Shown here piece by piece: positions 1 through 9,447 of a stretch of DNA of 20,000 bases. The notes under the pieces were generated by a model. That model had not been told where the DNA came from. It did no database searches and saw nothing but the letters and a program-made list of their open reading frames with translations. A program made the position numbers and the translations under genes. This DNA is from an uncultured virus (IMG/VR IMGVR_UViG_3300035180_003568) (Duplodnaviria; Heunggongvirae; Uroviricota; Caudoviricetes). Location of the stretch: the IMG/VR virus record IMGVR_UViG_3300035180_003568, one strand, 5' to 3'. How positions within the stretch are numbered: the first letter of the stretch is position 1; the number at the start of each line of letters is the position of its first letter.

Positions 1-282
1 AAAGAAATAATTATCATGTTTCTTTCTAAAGACAAATGACGTGACTACGACTGTATTAAATATTCTTTGATAGATATAAAGATCTAAAAGATCTAAATTA
101 GACAATATGTTTAAAACTTCCAACTCTGGAATTTTATTAGAAAATTGTTTCTCAATGAAGTCTTTAAACATCCCTTCAACAAAGGGCATGTATTTAATAC
201 CCAATTTTAGGGTATTCAACTCCTCTTGCGAAATATTTTTATTGCGTAATGCCGAGAATGCTTCATAAATTTTATTGAACAT
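1..282 (-). CDS. Hypothetical protein, partial (runs off window start)
   Basis: ATG at 282-280 overlaps the upstream TAA (TAATG coupling); open frame MFNKIYEAFSALRNKNISQEELNTLKLG... to the window edge. Confidence 0.7.
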   Translation of the reverse strand, partial: MFNKIYEAFSALRNKNISQEELNTLKLGIKYMPFVEGMFKDFIEKQFSNKIPELEVLNILSNLDLLDLYIYQRIFNTVVVTSFVFRKKHDNYFF

Positions 283-509
283 TAGTTAAACATTGGTTTT
301 TCTTCTTGAATGTCAGATAAAAATTCTGGAATATAGAAAGACGAATTAAAAGTTTTGATAGCAACTTGCATCTTGTCATTGCCATCCAGCTTGGCTTGAT
401 GAAGAATATTATTCTTATCTTTTACTGCAATTTCGGCAGAAACAGAAGTTGACACCAAATGCCAAGTTCCTTTGGGACGTGACTTAATATATAGTCCATG
501 AATCATCAA
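282..509 (-). CDS. Hypothetical protein, 75 aa
   Basis: ORF track; GAGG SD upstream; stop overlaps next start. Confidence 0.75.
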   Translation of the reverse strand: MMIHGLYIKSRPKGTWHLVSTSVSAEIAVKDKNNILHQAKLDGNDKMQVAIKTFNSSFYIPEFLSDIQEEKPMFN

Positions 510-865
510 AATACCTCTCCATTATATGCTAAATAATTAGTCCAAACCGATAATCGCATTATTTTTCGTTTAATAGAAATTTGTCTACTTTTAATTCCTC
601 CAGACGGGCTGCTAATTGAGCAATATCTTTTTTTTGATAGGAGAAGTACGTTTTCATGAATGAAACTTTCGATATCTTTTGAGCAATCTGATAAAAGTTT
701 AATGGGAACAAGCTTTTTCGCACTTTCTCGGCGGCGAGAAAGATCCTGATGTCTTTCCACCAATATGAATAGGAGAAAATACATCTAATACATAAGTCAT
801 AAAACACAATATTATTGTGCTAACAATAATAACAAAAAGATCATTCTTTATTGTTTGGCTTTCAT
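506..865 (-). pseudogene. Probable frameshifted membrane-anchored small protein
   Basis: ATG at 865 overlaps the nucleotidyltransferase TGA and TGA at 506-508 overlaps the next ATG; span is exactly 120 codons. Reads MKAK / (T)IKNDLFVIIVSTIILCFMTYVLDVF...KCEKACSH / KLLSDCSKD...NGEVF with two compensating shifts. Confidence 0.45.
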
Positions 866-1989
866 TTGATCAATGACTGTTCAATCAAATTAATGCATAA
901 TTTATCTATCTTCTCGCGATCAGGAGAATGTGGGAGAATTTTGCAAGAATTGTAAAGTTCATTCAACTGAGCGTCTTCAGTATCAGCAAATTCGATTAGA
1001 CGATCATATGTCCACGCCCCGTTTCTAATGGCAAGTAGCTCTTCTCTGTCTGGTCGTTTTACAATAACTTTCCCAGTCGTTAAAATTTCTCGACACATTC
1101 TGATTAATCGAACTAAATGATAAGCATGCTTGGTGTCATATCCAAACTTAGCTTCAAGAGCGGCTCTTTTTTCATTACGATTTTTCCTCCACTCTTGATA
1201 TTTATCCCACTCTTTCTTGGAGTTAACATAAGCTCGTTCTTTCTGCATAATCTCCACAAAATTATCGTTTAGACCAATTTTGCGAGCCGCCGCCATCCAG
1301 TGTTCATCCGAAGTGATTTTTAGTTCACCCAACATATCTGACATAACAGAACGAATGTTAATCTTGGCAGATTCTTCTAATCCTTCCATAAAGTCAAATT
1401 GAAATCTATCTAATTCCTTCTGGATCTCGGCTTGAGCCGCCAATAACTGATCTTTTGGAATCTCCGGTTGCTTTGGGAGCCCTAAACTTTCTCTGGTTGG
1501 AAGTTCAGTTGGAGGATTTAATAACCATCTACGATGGAGCTTGATTCTATGCAACTGAGAAACTGCATAACCAGTAAATGTATGTTTTATTTTTTTAGAT
1601 AGGAAAATATCTTTATTCTCTAATAGGGTCCTACCCAAAGGTGAAACTACAAAATGATCATCATCTGATGTATGCAATACCTCAATGATATTAGGATTGC
1701 AGTCTGATGCAAGGTTAATGAATTTTCTAACATCATAAACTACTGCGTCTGGATCTGGTGCTTTTAATTCTGCTTGCTCGAAACGCTTAAAACTGCTAAA
1801 AAAATATTCTTTAGGAGGAATAGTTACTCCTTTAAAGTCTTCGTCAGAAGTATCTGTGTTCGTACCATAAGCGTGGGATCCATGACGGACCAAAAGAATA
1901 GTTCGGTCCGTAATCCATGAAATGTTTTGGCTGCGCTTAGCCATCAAGTCTAATACTGGGTGTGACATAATAATTAATCTTTCTGACAA
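862..1989 (-). CDS. Pol-beta-fold nucleotidyltransferase, YcgL/RlaP-like
   Basis: GSHAYG..TDTSDED.KG motif, NPNIIE.L, YDTKHAYHLVRL and ELLAIRNG motifs typical of this family. Confidence 0.85.
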   Translation of the reverse strand: MSERLIIMSHPVLDLMAKRSQNISWITDRTILLVRHGSHAYGTNTDTSDEDFKGVTIPPKEYFFSSFKRFEQAELKAPDPDAVVYDVRKFINLASDCNPNIIEVLHTSDDDHFVVSPLGRTLLENKDIFLSKKIKHTFTGYAVSQLHRIKLHRRWLLNPPTELPTRESLGLPKQPEIPKDQLLAAQAEIQKELDRFQFDFMEGLEESAKINIRSVMSDMLGELKITSDEHWMAAARKIGLNDNFVEIMQKERAYVNSKKEWDKYQEWRKNRNEKRAALEAKFGYDTKHAYHLVRLIRMCREILTTGKVIVKRPDREELLAIRNGAWTYDRLIEFADTEDAQLNELYNSCKILPHSPDREKIDKLCINLIEQSLIK

Positions 1990-2150
1990 GAATCCCTATG
2001 AATGTGACTATATTTGAATTGAATATTCTTTTTACAAATATTACATTTGCGACAACAGGGCATAAAATGCAACACACGCATACCAGGGTGATGACAATGA
2101 CATTTACACTCTTCTTCTGTTAATTGTGCAACGTATTCTTCTTTAGTCAT
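1974..2150 (-). CDS. Small Cys/His-rich hypothetical protein, 58 aa
   Basis: ATG 1 nt after the iscA stop; CKCHCH, PCC, CxxC and H..C motifs. Confidence 0.6.
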   Translation of the reverse strand: MTKEEYVAQLTEEECKCHCHHPGMRVLHFMPCCRKCNICKKNIQFKYSHIHRDSCQKD

Positions 2151-2151
2151 A

Positions 2152-2475
2152 TTAAACTCCAAAACTAGATCCGCAACCACAAGCACTAGAAAAATTTGGA
2201 TTAATAAACTTAAATCCAGAACTCATTAGTCCATCTAGATAATCTATCTCAACACCATCAAGGTATTGCATTGATAATGGGTCAATAACTACGGTTATGC
2301 CGTTAATATCAATTAATTCATCGATGTCTGTCGGTACGTCCTCAAATGCTATATCGTACTGGAAACCAGAGCAGCCCCCACCGATCACTTGAAGTCTGAC
2401 CTTCAAATGACCAATTCCTTCTGCCTCAGAAATTTCTTTAAACTTCTCAATAGCTTTTTCTGTAATAGTAATCAT
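2152..2475 (-). CDS. iscA: A-type iron-sulfur cluster carrier (IscA/ErpA/HesB family)
   Basis: GGGCSGFQY and C-terminal CGCGSSF signatures; GAGG SD. Confidence 0.95.
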   Translation of the reverse strand: MITITEKAIEKFKEISEAEGIGHLKVRLQVIGGGCSGFQYDIAFEDVPTDIDELIDINGITVVIDPLSMQYLDGVEIDYLDGLMSSGFKFINPNFSSACGCGSSFGV

Positions 2476-2492
2476 ATACGACCTCTCATAGA

Positions 2493-2523
2493 ATCATAAT
2501 TCTATGAAATTGGATGTCAAGGG
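2493..2523 (-). promoter_or_regulatory. Sigma70-like promoter for iscA, with overlapping palindrome
   Basis: CCC-TTGACA-N16-TATGAT; 9-bp inverted repeat TCATAGAAT/ATTCTATGA at 2486-2507. Confidence 0.65.
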
Positions 2524-2533
2524 CGCCCGAATT

Positions 2534-3571
2534 TTACACGAACGCTGATAATTTTTTTAATTCCGGAAATGACTTCAATAAGTGTTTGATGTCTCCCATT
2601 TTACCTTTATTGGCAAGAAGTACTAACATTTTTTTAGAAGAAATCTGCGGACATTTTTTTATGAGGCGAATAATTTTGTCAGCATAAGCCTTCTTATGAT
2701 CATAATATTCTGAGTACATTTTTTGTACGTAAATAGCTGCCACTTCGTCGGCAAGATCTGGAGCTACGTCCAATATATTGATAATATTTCTAAGCCATCT
2801 ATCTTCTAACAACCAAAAATCGCAACTACTCACAAATTTAAGTATGTTTTCTTTATATGCTGGCTTGTATTCAGACTTAAGTGCCAACCTAATTTCATCA
2901 TCTACTAATGATGACATGATGGTAAAATGTACACTTAAATCATTTACTTCAAACAGTGCAGATTTTATCTTTGCATGAATTGCTTTTTGATTATACTTAA
3001 ACCCATGCAGTCTTAGCTCTTTTAGGAGCGACAAATATCTCCAGTCTTGCAATATTCGGTCCATAACATGATTTCCAAAATCATGGACATCTTTAAACAA
3101 ATACGGTATTAGAAACTGTGTTACTTTGATTGTTTTTTGCATAGATGAGAATGGAATTATCTCCAAATAAGCCTCTTTAGTTGCCTTTAGAGGATCTCGT
3201 CTATGTCGTTTAATCTTACAATATTCTAAAAATTGAGAGAATTCCGTGTCATATTTGGGGTCAGGCGATGCTTTTACCCTAATAAGGTTGATGAACCTTT
3301 TCTCTAAATAGTTTTGTATTTTTGCTGTAAGAGTCTTCTCTTTGAGAGAAAAGATTACATTGAGACGAAACGACCAAACTTTTTGGCTGTTTTCCCAAAA
3401 AATAACCGAGGATTTTTCAAACTGAGCAAACAAATACTCCAAATGATGTTTCGAGTTTAATCTCAATAGAGATTTATAATTTGTTAAATTAACATCAGTG
3501 CGCTCGGATAGAAAAATCTGATCTGTTAATTGTCTAAATTTTGGATGAATTTTTTCCAGCTTTAAGAACAT
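2534..3571 (-). CDS. Hypothetical protein, probably alpha-helical, 345 aa
   Basis: Long uninterrupted ORF; no motif recognised. Confidence 0.8.
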   Translation of the reverse strand: MFLKLEKIHPKFRQLTDQIFLSERTDVNLTNYKSLLRLNSKHHLEYLFAQFEKSSVIFWENSQKVWSFRLNVIFSLKEKTLTAKIQNYLEKRFINLIRVKASPDPKYDTEFSQFLEYCKIKRHRRDPLKATKEAYLEIIPFSSMQKTIKVTQFLIPYLFKDVHDFGNHVMDRILQDWRYLSLLKELRLHGFKYNQKAIHAKIKSALFEVNDLSVHFTIMSSLVDDEIRLALKSEYKPAYKENILKFVSSCDFWLLEDRWLRNIINILDVAPDLADEVAAIYVQKMYSEYYDHKKAYADKIIRLIKKCPQISSKKMLVLLANKGKMGDIKHLLKSFPELKKLSAFV

Positions 3572-3589
3572 ATTACATATGTTCTTATA

Positions 3590-3870
3590 TCACCACTTGA
3601 TTATATCATCGGGATTTACGCCATTTGTAATGAACTCAACCGGAACGCCCGTAAAATTCTGCACAGAATCCACAAATGGTTTCAATTCACTCTTATTTGC
3701 AGAGTCTTTCCAACCAGGAACTTTTATATACTGTGATTTAGCATAGAAAAATCTTCGGAAGAAACTGGAGGCTTCCCATATGAAGCACATACTGGAACCT
3801 CTGACATTTTTTCTAGAATATCAAATTTTGTCAAAATTAAACCATTGATACCGCCAACCTTGCAATCGTA
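3590..3870 (-). pseudogene. purA: Adenylosuccinate synthetase C-terminal remnant (5' truncated, one frameshift)
   Basis: YDCKVGGINGLILTKFDILEKMSEVPVCASY, a shift in a T run near 3750, then YIKVPGWK...VQNFTGVPVEFITNGV; matches the PurA TKLDVL, LPGW and GVPV..IS.G motifs. Confidence 0.85.
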
Positions 3871-4316
3871 AAACAAAAAGCATCAGTGCGTAATTATGGC
3901 ATTGGTAACCCAATGTGTGGAATTAAATTATTAGGCGAAGCTAATGGTAATTTCGGAAAAGAAATGAAACCTCATGTAAAAGAAATTCTCATTAAGATTC
4001 GTCGAAAACTATCTGACGAACAAATAAAAGAGACCATTTCTCTTTATTCATCAGGAGATCATTCCCAAACATTATTATCACAACAATACGGCATGTCATT
4101 GACACAAATACACCGTATTATTAAATGGCAATAGTTGGAGAAATAAAAACACGATGAAGTTACGACTAAAAAGAATCTTACTGCCAATGACATTATCATT
4201 ATCAGACAATTATATTCTTCTGGGAAATATGCTCAAAAGAATTGTCTATACGATTCAATTGTTCATTAGCTCACATGAATAGAATTATCAATTGTAAAAA
4301 GTGGAAAACACTTTAA
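3871..4316 (+). pseudogene. Homing-endonuclease DNA-binding remnant (NUMOD3-like plus two HTH repeats)
   Basis: KQKAS...GNPMCG...GEANGNFGK; repeats LYSSGDHSQTLLSQQYGMSLTQIHRII and LYSSGKYAQKELSIRFNCSLAHMNRIINCKKW after correcting three single-A shifts; nuclease domain absent. Confidence 0.75.
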
Positions 4317-4332
4317 CTCCAGAGCAAAAAGA

Positions 4333-4366
4333 AAGACCGGGATGGTCTATAACGCATCCCGGTCTT
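4333..4366 (-). terminator. Intrinsic terminator downstream of rIIB
   Basis: Perfect 12-bp inverted repeat AAGACCGGGATG/CATCCCGGTCTT followed on the minus strand by TCTTTTTG. Confidence 0.8.
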
Positions 4367-4383
4367 ATCTAAACTTATTTCAA

Positions 4384-5223
4384 TTAAAGAATCTCATCGT
4401 GGTAAGGATATTCATCCTCACACTCTCCGCTGCAATCCTCATCGCCACAATATTGACAGAAAGTCTCGTCTTCTTCCTCGTCTTTAGGAAAGTCAGTATA
4501 GCGAAGGCTATCATCAGATGCCCTATCTACTACACCAAGTACTTTATATCTACAGGTCCTCATCTTTGCCTGATTGTAGTCAACGGGCACCGCAACAACA
4601 TCAGCCGGATCAACCTCAACCTCTAACATAACGCCACCACCGTAGAAATTGGCAGCATAATCCCAGTTAGCTACATGTAAACCATTGCTGCATGTCTGGT
4701 TTGGGTCCTCATTCACCTGATTGCGAGGCATCTCGACCACTTTGCCAGGCGAGTTATCAAATGTTCCAGAATGGACATCCTTAAAATCCTCACGTACCTT
4801 TTTATACGCGATGAAATTACCACTCTCAGTAATTGGGTGATCATTCTTCTCCAAGAATTGGAAGAGCTGATTTACAGAGCGATATGATGGATTTTTTTGT
4901 AACTTCTCAGCGAACCTAACCAAAGGTTCGTATGGAAGACCTTCGTTTGAAAACTTCAAAATCTTATTGCCAAGAACCTCTGGGGCGGGCGTTCCATTTA
5001 CCAAAATCTGACCATCACGCACCATGAATGCGCCATCAGAATACTTCTCAATCCTCTTGGAAGTTGAGATGAGCATCGGGATTTCGTCCATCCGCTTCTC
5101 TTTAAGAGCCTTGATTAACTTATTGGCTAACTCGCCCGTTCTAGCAACGATATGAGTCTGCCCTTCATAATTGACTGTGATATTGTGGTCTGTGACTAAC
5201 CAATTAACTTTTTTCTCTGACAT
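4384..5223 (-). CDS. rIIB: rIIB-like protector from prophage-induced early lysis
   Basis: NPS.RS..QL..FLE....PITESG.FIAYKKV, DNSPG.VVEMPR, CS.GLHV and DVVAVP.DYN..KMR.C motifs; directly after rIIA; AAGGAG SD supports start at 5223. Confidence 0.93.
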   Translation of the reverse strand: MSEKKVNWLVTDHNITVNYEGQTHIVARTGELANKLIKALKEKRMDEIPMLISTSKRIEKYSDGAFMVRDGQILVNGTPAPEVLGNKILKFSNEGLPYEPLVRFAEKLQKNPSYRSVNQLFQFLEKNDHPITESGNFIAYKKVREDFKDVHSGTFDNSPGKVVEMPRNQVNEDPNQTCSNGLHVANWDYAANFYGGGVMLEVEVDPADVVAVPVDYNQAKMRTCRYKVLGVVDRASDDSLRYTDFPKDEEEDETFCQYCGDEDCSGECEDEYPYHDEIL

Positions 5224-5247
5224 CTGTCTCTCCTTCATTAAATCTTA

Positions 5248-7320
5248 TTAAGCCTTATCAATTAAGTTTACATATTGTGCAATACTGCTACATAGTTGTT
5301 CGTAATTATACACACTAATTGCACTTAACAGCGGATATTTTTCATCAATCTTTTTTTGGAGTTTTGGTAGGTTTCTATCTGGATTGGAATTTTCATAATC
5401 CGCCATATCCTTTTTTGAAATCTCTCCAGCTACTAATTCATATAAATCTAACATCGAGTCATGCTGTTGAGCGAGTTTACTTATAGTGTTATGTAATTCA
5501 ATCTTTTTAAGGAAGAGTGAATTCTTATCTTCAATCATTGGAGATAGTTTTTTTGCTACAGAAATTAATCTGGCTTCAACATAATGACTCTGTGTCGCTG
5601 CAAACTTTATCTCGACAAAATTCGTTTTCTTGGCATCAGAAAAATTCTCTTTTAGAAAATCTTCTAAATTGCCAAAATCCTCGGCAATCCTATCGTCTGA
5701 AATGTCGCTATCAATGCCATAAAATGAAACTTTGGGATGAAGTTCTTGTAATCCCTTAAATATATGTGCAGAAATAAGTTTCTTGTTTTCCAAGATGGCA
5801 CTTCTATTGGCAGAAGCGTCCCTGGTTAGTTTGCAAAGAATTTTGTCCTGAGAATCTACGTCAATTGACGAATATGATACCTGCCTAAAAGCCGCAGCCT
5901 TGGGATCAAACTTGAAGACTAATAGTCTGGAAGTTGCTGGAGTATAATTACGAGCAGTCGCCGTTGCAACGGATGACAGTAGCTTATATCCCATTTTATC
6001 AAAATGGTACTTCTTTTTCAAGACATCTAAGGTTACCTTGTCATTTGCGCAAACCACCTGAACAGATGTTAAATTTGAATCTGTATCGAAAATCTTTCGC
6101 ACATGCTTAGGTGTTGGTTCCTTAAGAGGAAGGTCATTGAAATATAGCGCGGAATTATTTTGGAAAACTAAATGGTTATTCAGTCCCCTCCTAATCTTAT
6201 TAGAATCATATCCTTTACCACGGGGATAGCCTCCTTTCTGGAAGTAATACACGGAACAATCCACAGAATCGTGTCGATTACGAAGCTCAATTCCTTGCCA
6301 AGTCAATTTGCCCAAAAATGTAATATTACTAAAGCTATTGGTAAGCTCGGACTGGAAGAAGATATTTGCTGACCATAGATCAGGCAGGGATGCTATTTTA
6401 TCTTCCACACGTTTCTTAAGTTCTTTTACAACTAATTCAATTCGTTTAGAAATCTTTGCCTGCGTCGGCTTATCAAGGTAAACCGCTTCACGGCTGGCTG
6501 AAAGACTCAATTCCCCAATACCAAAGTAAAGATACAAATTACCATAAAGCGCGCCGATCACGGCGCTGTCAGCATAGGTCTTGAGAGCGTTTAGGTCAAC
6601 GGGATACTCAATCCCGTCAATAATAATCTTAACAGTGCGGTTATAATCGTTAGACGCCATGACCGCCCAGCCAGTACCCGAGATGGTTTTCGTAGGAGTT
6701 TTATAGTCAAATTTCCCGCCTCGAATAATAGGAAGAACATCCCAGTGGCGGGTTGCAAACTCTGTCCATTCCGCAAAATTACGGAAATCCGCAGGTTTGA
6801 CAGGAACGATAATCTCGGTCCCGTTTTTCTCGGTGGTTGGAGACTCTCCAAGAGTCATTAGTTTGCCGACCTTTGTCTCATCAATTACGCAAGCGTAATT
6901 GTACTCAATGCCATTAAATACTGTCTTAATAGTAAATGTATCGCTATACGAGAATGGAGTTTTAGCACCCAATCCAAAACCTCCGGTCTGGATATTGTCC
7001 TCTCTCTTGGTACTCGCTGTATACTTAATAAAAATGTTAGACATGCGATCGGGACTAATCCCCGGACCAAAATCTCTGACTTTATAGAAAGGCTCTAGAG
7101 CGTTTGGGATAGTGATTTCCACCGGAACATCTTCCATTCCGACTTCTCGATGCGCGTCGCGCGCATTACACGAAATTTCTCGGCAAATAGCGAGAATGGG
7201 ATTTGAATACATCTTATTGCGTAAGATGTCGAAAATCATTCCCTGATCTTGAATTGAGAAGAACTGCTCCTGCAACTCACCCGATGTTTCTACTGTAGGA
7301 CGAATATCACTAAATTTCAT
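5248..7320 (-). CDS. rIIA: rIIA-like protein with N-terminal GHKL/HATPase domain
   Basis: MYSNPILAICREI.CNA.DAH, VRDFGPGIS, STK...N..TGGFGLGAK.PF.Y and SREA motifs. Confidence 0.93.
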   Translation of the reverse strand: MKFSDIRPTVETSGELQEQFFSIQDQGMIFDILRNKMYSNPILAICREISCNARDAHREVGMEDVPVEITIPNALEPFYKVRDFGPGISPDRMSNIFIKYTASTKREDNIQTGGFGLGAKTPFSYSDTFTIKTVFNGIEYNYACVIDETKVGKLMTLGESPTTEKNGTEIIVPVKPADFRNFAEWTEFATRHWDVLPIIRGGKFDYKTPTKTISGTGWAVMASNDYNRTVKIIIDGIEYPVDLNALKTYADSAVIGALYGNLYLYFGIGELSLSASREAVYLDKPTQAKISKRIELVVKELKKRVEDKIASLPDLWSANIFFQSELTNSFSNITFLGKLTWQGIELRNRHDSVDCSVYYFQKGGYPRGKGYDSNKIRRGLNNHLVFQNNSALYFNDLPLKEPTPKHVRKIFDTDSNLTSVQVVCANDKVTLDVLKKKYHFDKMGYKLLSSVATATARNYTPATSRLLVFKFDPKAAAFRQVSYSSIDVDSQDKILCKLTRDASANRSAILENKKLISAHIFKGLQELHPKVSFYGIDSDISDDRIAEDFGNLEDFLKENFSDAKKTNFVEIKFAATQSHYVEARLISVAKKLSPMIEDKNSLFLKKIELHNTISKLAQQHDSMLDLYELVAGEISKKDMADYENSNPDRNLPKLQKKIDEKYPLLSAISVYNYEQLCSSIAQYVNLIDKA

Positions 7321-7328
7321 TTATTTCC

Positions 7329-7802
7329 CTAAATTGAAAATTGGCGAGCAACAGCCATTGGCGCCCGCCTCCTATAAGAGTTTAAATCGTAAAAAATTGC
7401 CGTCAAGGGGGTCTTATTTTTTAAATTTGACCACGTTTTGCTTTCCGCGATCTTCTTTAATAAAATTCGCGTGCGCTTGCTCGGATCTTTAGTTAAGAAC
7501 CCTTTGCCAATTCCTTTGGAATAATCAAGTTTTGATTTGAATTGATGCTTAGTAATATCAAGAATAAAACCTGATGAATGTTTCAAAAAACAATGATTGG
7601 TTGAATTAACTTTCATACAATATGGTGTCCAACCAGCATCTTTACCACCAAGTAAATGATAAGCCGCCTCACTAACAACATAACAATGCCCGTAAGTCGT
7701 GTCAAGTAGCGGGTGTAATTTTTTATATTTGTGGCGCTTGCTATCTAATAAATCATCAGATAGATTCTATATAAATAGCTCTTTAAATTCAAACCACTCC
7801 AT
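7329..7802 (-). pseudogene. Phage protein with GHCY..SEA.YHLLGG motif, interrupted by an in-frame TAG at codon 12
   Basis: ATG at 7802 abuts the upstream TAA; MEWFEFKELFI*NLSDDLL...YGHCYVVSEAAYHLLGGKDAGW...ILDITKHQF...GKGFLTKDPSKR; the ORF track shows only the 3' part. Confidence 0.6.
7379..7410 (-). promoter_or_regulatory. Sigma70-like promoter for rIIA-rIIB
   Basis: CCCC-TTGACG-N16-TAAACT with A-rich upstream sequence. Confidence 0.6.
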
Positions 7803-8057
7803 TTATTTATCATTATAATTAAGTCGCTTTAATAAGCCCTTAAGAGCCGCATCAAATGACTTGAATGATGAAAATACATTTCGTACGACCCATTTGCCAT
7901 TATTGCATTCAATAATGCCCGATATCTGGTATCTTCCAATACATATTTTGTATGCTTTATTACTAAGATCATGACCGCCATTACGGTATACGTATGGATA
8001 ATCGCTATAGCAAAAGCTCATCTTGTCAGATATTATTAAATCTTCTTTTTTAATCAT
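7803..8057 (-). CDS. Hypothetical protein, ~84 aa
   Basis: ATG at 8057 overlaps the upstream TGA (ATGA). Confidence 0.65.
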   Translation of the reverse strand: MIKKEDLIISDKMSFCYSDYPYVYRNGGHDLSNKAYKICIGRYQISGIIECNNGKWVVRNVFSSFKSFDAALKGLLKRLNYNDK

Positions 8058-8500
8058 TTGCCACACATCGCCAAGAAAACTATAGCCCATAAAAATGTAA
8101 GGTGAATAATTTGGTCAACTGCAATCATTAATATCTTTCCAAGAGGAGTTGAAATGAATTCAATGAATCCTTTCTTTGGATCATTAGGCGCTTGCATCTC
8201 GGCAGGTTTTCTAATATATTTTGCCCAAAAGAAAACTGGTAAATATGTATCCTCAATAAAGTGAGACCAAAATAGGACATTCAAGCCAATTAACCATGCC
8301 CACCAAGAAAATCCTAATGCCCACATGGCAGGAACAAAACCAGCAGTATAGATTAAACAATGACGGGCGCGAACCTTGGGATTATTATGCTTTGCCATCG
8401 CCTCCGCGTGAGTTTGACAAATCCAGTCCACAAAAAAGTGAATGAAAGTGAACAGGGCAAATAAACCGCCAGCTAACGCCAACTTATGTAACATATCCAT
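8054..8500 (-). CDS. DUF3307-like membrane protein
   Basis: H.FVDW..QT..AMAK, H.LIY, SHF.ED and DQI.H motifs with hydrophobic helices; GGAGG SD. Confidence 0.8.
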   Translation of the reverse strand: MDMLHKLALAGGLFALFTFIHFFVDWICQTHAEAMAKHNNPKVRARHCLIYTAGFVPAMWALGFSWWAWLIGLNVLFWSHFIEDTYLPVFFWAKYIRKPAEMQAPNDPKKGFIEFISTPLGKILMIAVDQIIHLTFLWAIVFLAMCGK

Positions 8501-8592
8501 TATGACTTCCTCCAGAATTTTGTCTTATCCTTTTAGTTTGATAAGCTTGCAAAATTCCATCATACATATCTTGTAAGTCTTCAAATTCCATT

Positions 8593-8793
8593 TTATATCA
8601 ATTTTATTGAAAATATAATTTTATCCTTATTGAAGACCCTTTTAACTACCTGGAAAGTAGTTCCTAAGTATTCTGCGGCAAGTTTAATTGCCTCCCTAAT
8701 GGAATTAGAGCGTTTATTGAAAACAATAAAATGTTCGCTCTTTAGCCCCATAATATGATATTGTAGAATATTAATTTTGAATGGTTTCACCAT
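8593..8793 (-). CDS. Hypothetical protein, 66 aa
   Basis: ORF in operon context, AGGT SD. Confidence 0.55.
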   Translation of the reverse strand: MVKPFKINILQYHIMGLKSEHFIVFNKRSNSIREAIKLAAEYLGTTFQVVKRVFNKDKIIFSIKLI

Positions 8794-8907
8794 AAATTAC
8801 CTACTCAAATTAAAAAATAAACCAGAAGATAAAATTATCCACATAATAAAAAACTCAGTTAAACTCATAACTTCTCCAACATTTGGTTATTGTATATCCA
8901 AATATTG

Positions 8908-9447
8908 TTAAGAAAATATTGTATACAATTTAATTTTTGGTGACTTTGAGATGGCTTCTGGAAAGTGTTTGTGAACAATATTCAACATTTTCAGCCTTGA
9001 TTCGGGCTCTAGATGAGCCAACAAATAATCAATTGCTTTCCAAGATTGATTAGAATCTGTTAATAAATCGAGAATTGAATGGATTGCGTCATTAAAAAAT
9101 GCGTCTGATATTTGAGACAAATATGCCATATATCTAACAACCTTTGGAATGGCATTCTCTATTCCTAATTCATCAGTTTGTCTGATGACGTCTATATAGA
9201 GATAGATGTGAACTTTCCCAAAACTCGTTTCCAGTATTAAATACTTAAAAAACCTAACATCATCTTCATTTTGGGGAGAAAATGAAGCATCATGCACAAA
9301 TTGATAAACAATGTTTTTGTAACGCTGTATATCATTACAACTTTGCACTCTGTTAAGATAAGAATTATATTTTTCAGGAAATGATTGTTTCCTCGTCTTA
9401 ACTGGCGTGAAGGTCAAATACTCTTCCGAATGGTGCCTTAAATGCAC
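8908..9447 (-). CDS. Hypothetical helical protein (start uncertain)
   Basis: 179-codon ORF overlapping the VWA gene end; C-terminus resembles that of 2534..3571. Confidence 0.65.
   Translation of the reverse strand: MHLRHHSEEYLTFTPVKTRKQSFPEKYNSYLNRVQSCNDIQRYKNIVYQFVHDASFSPQNEDDVRFFKYLILETSFGKVHIYLYIDVIRQTDELGIENAIPKVVRYMAYLSQISDAFFNDAIHSILDLLTDSNQSWKAIDYLLAHLEPESRLKMLNIVHKHFPEAISKSPKIKLYTIFS

Noticed and set aside
559..807. 82-aa ORF and overlapping 92-aa ORF as separate genes
   Set aside because: Better explained as pieces or shadows of one frameshifted gene at 506..865
4342..7087. Short ORFs overlapping rIIA/rIIB (4342+, 5517+, 6172+, 6591-, 6885-, 6899+)
   Set aside because: Shadow frames of well-supported genes; no motifs or SD
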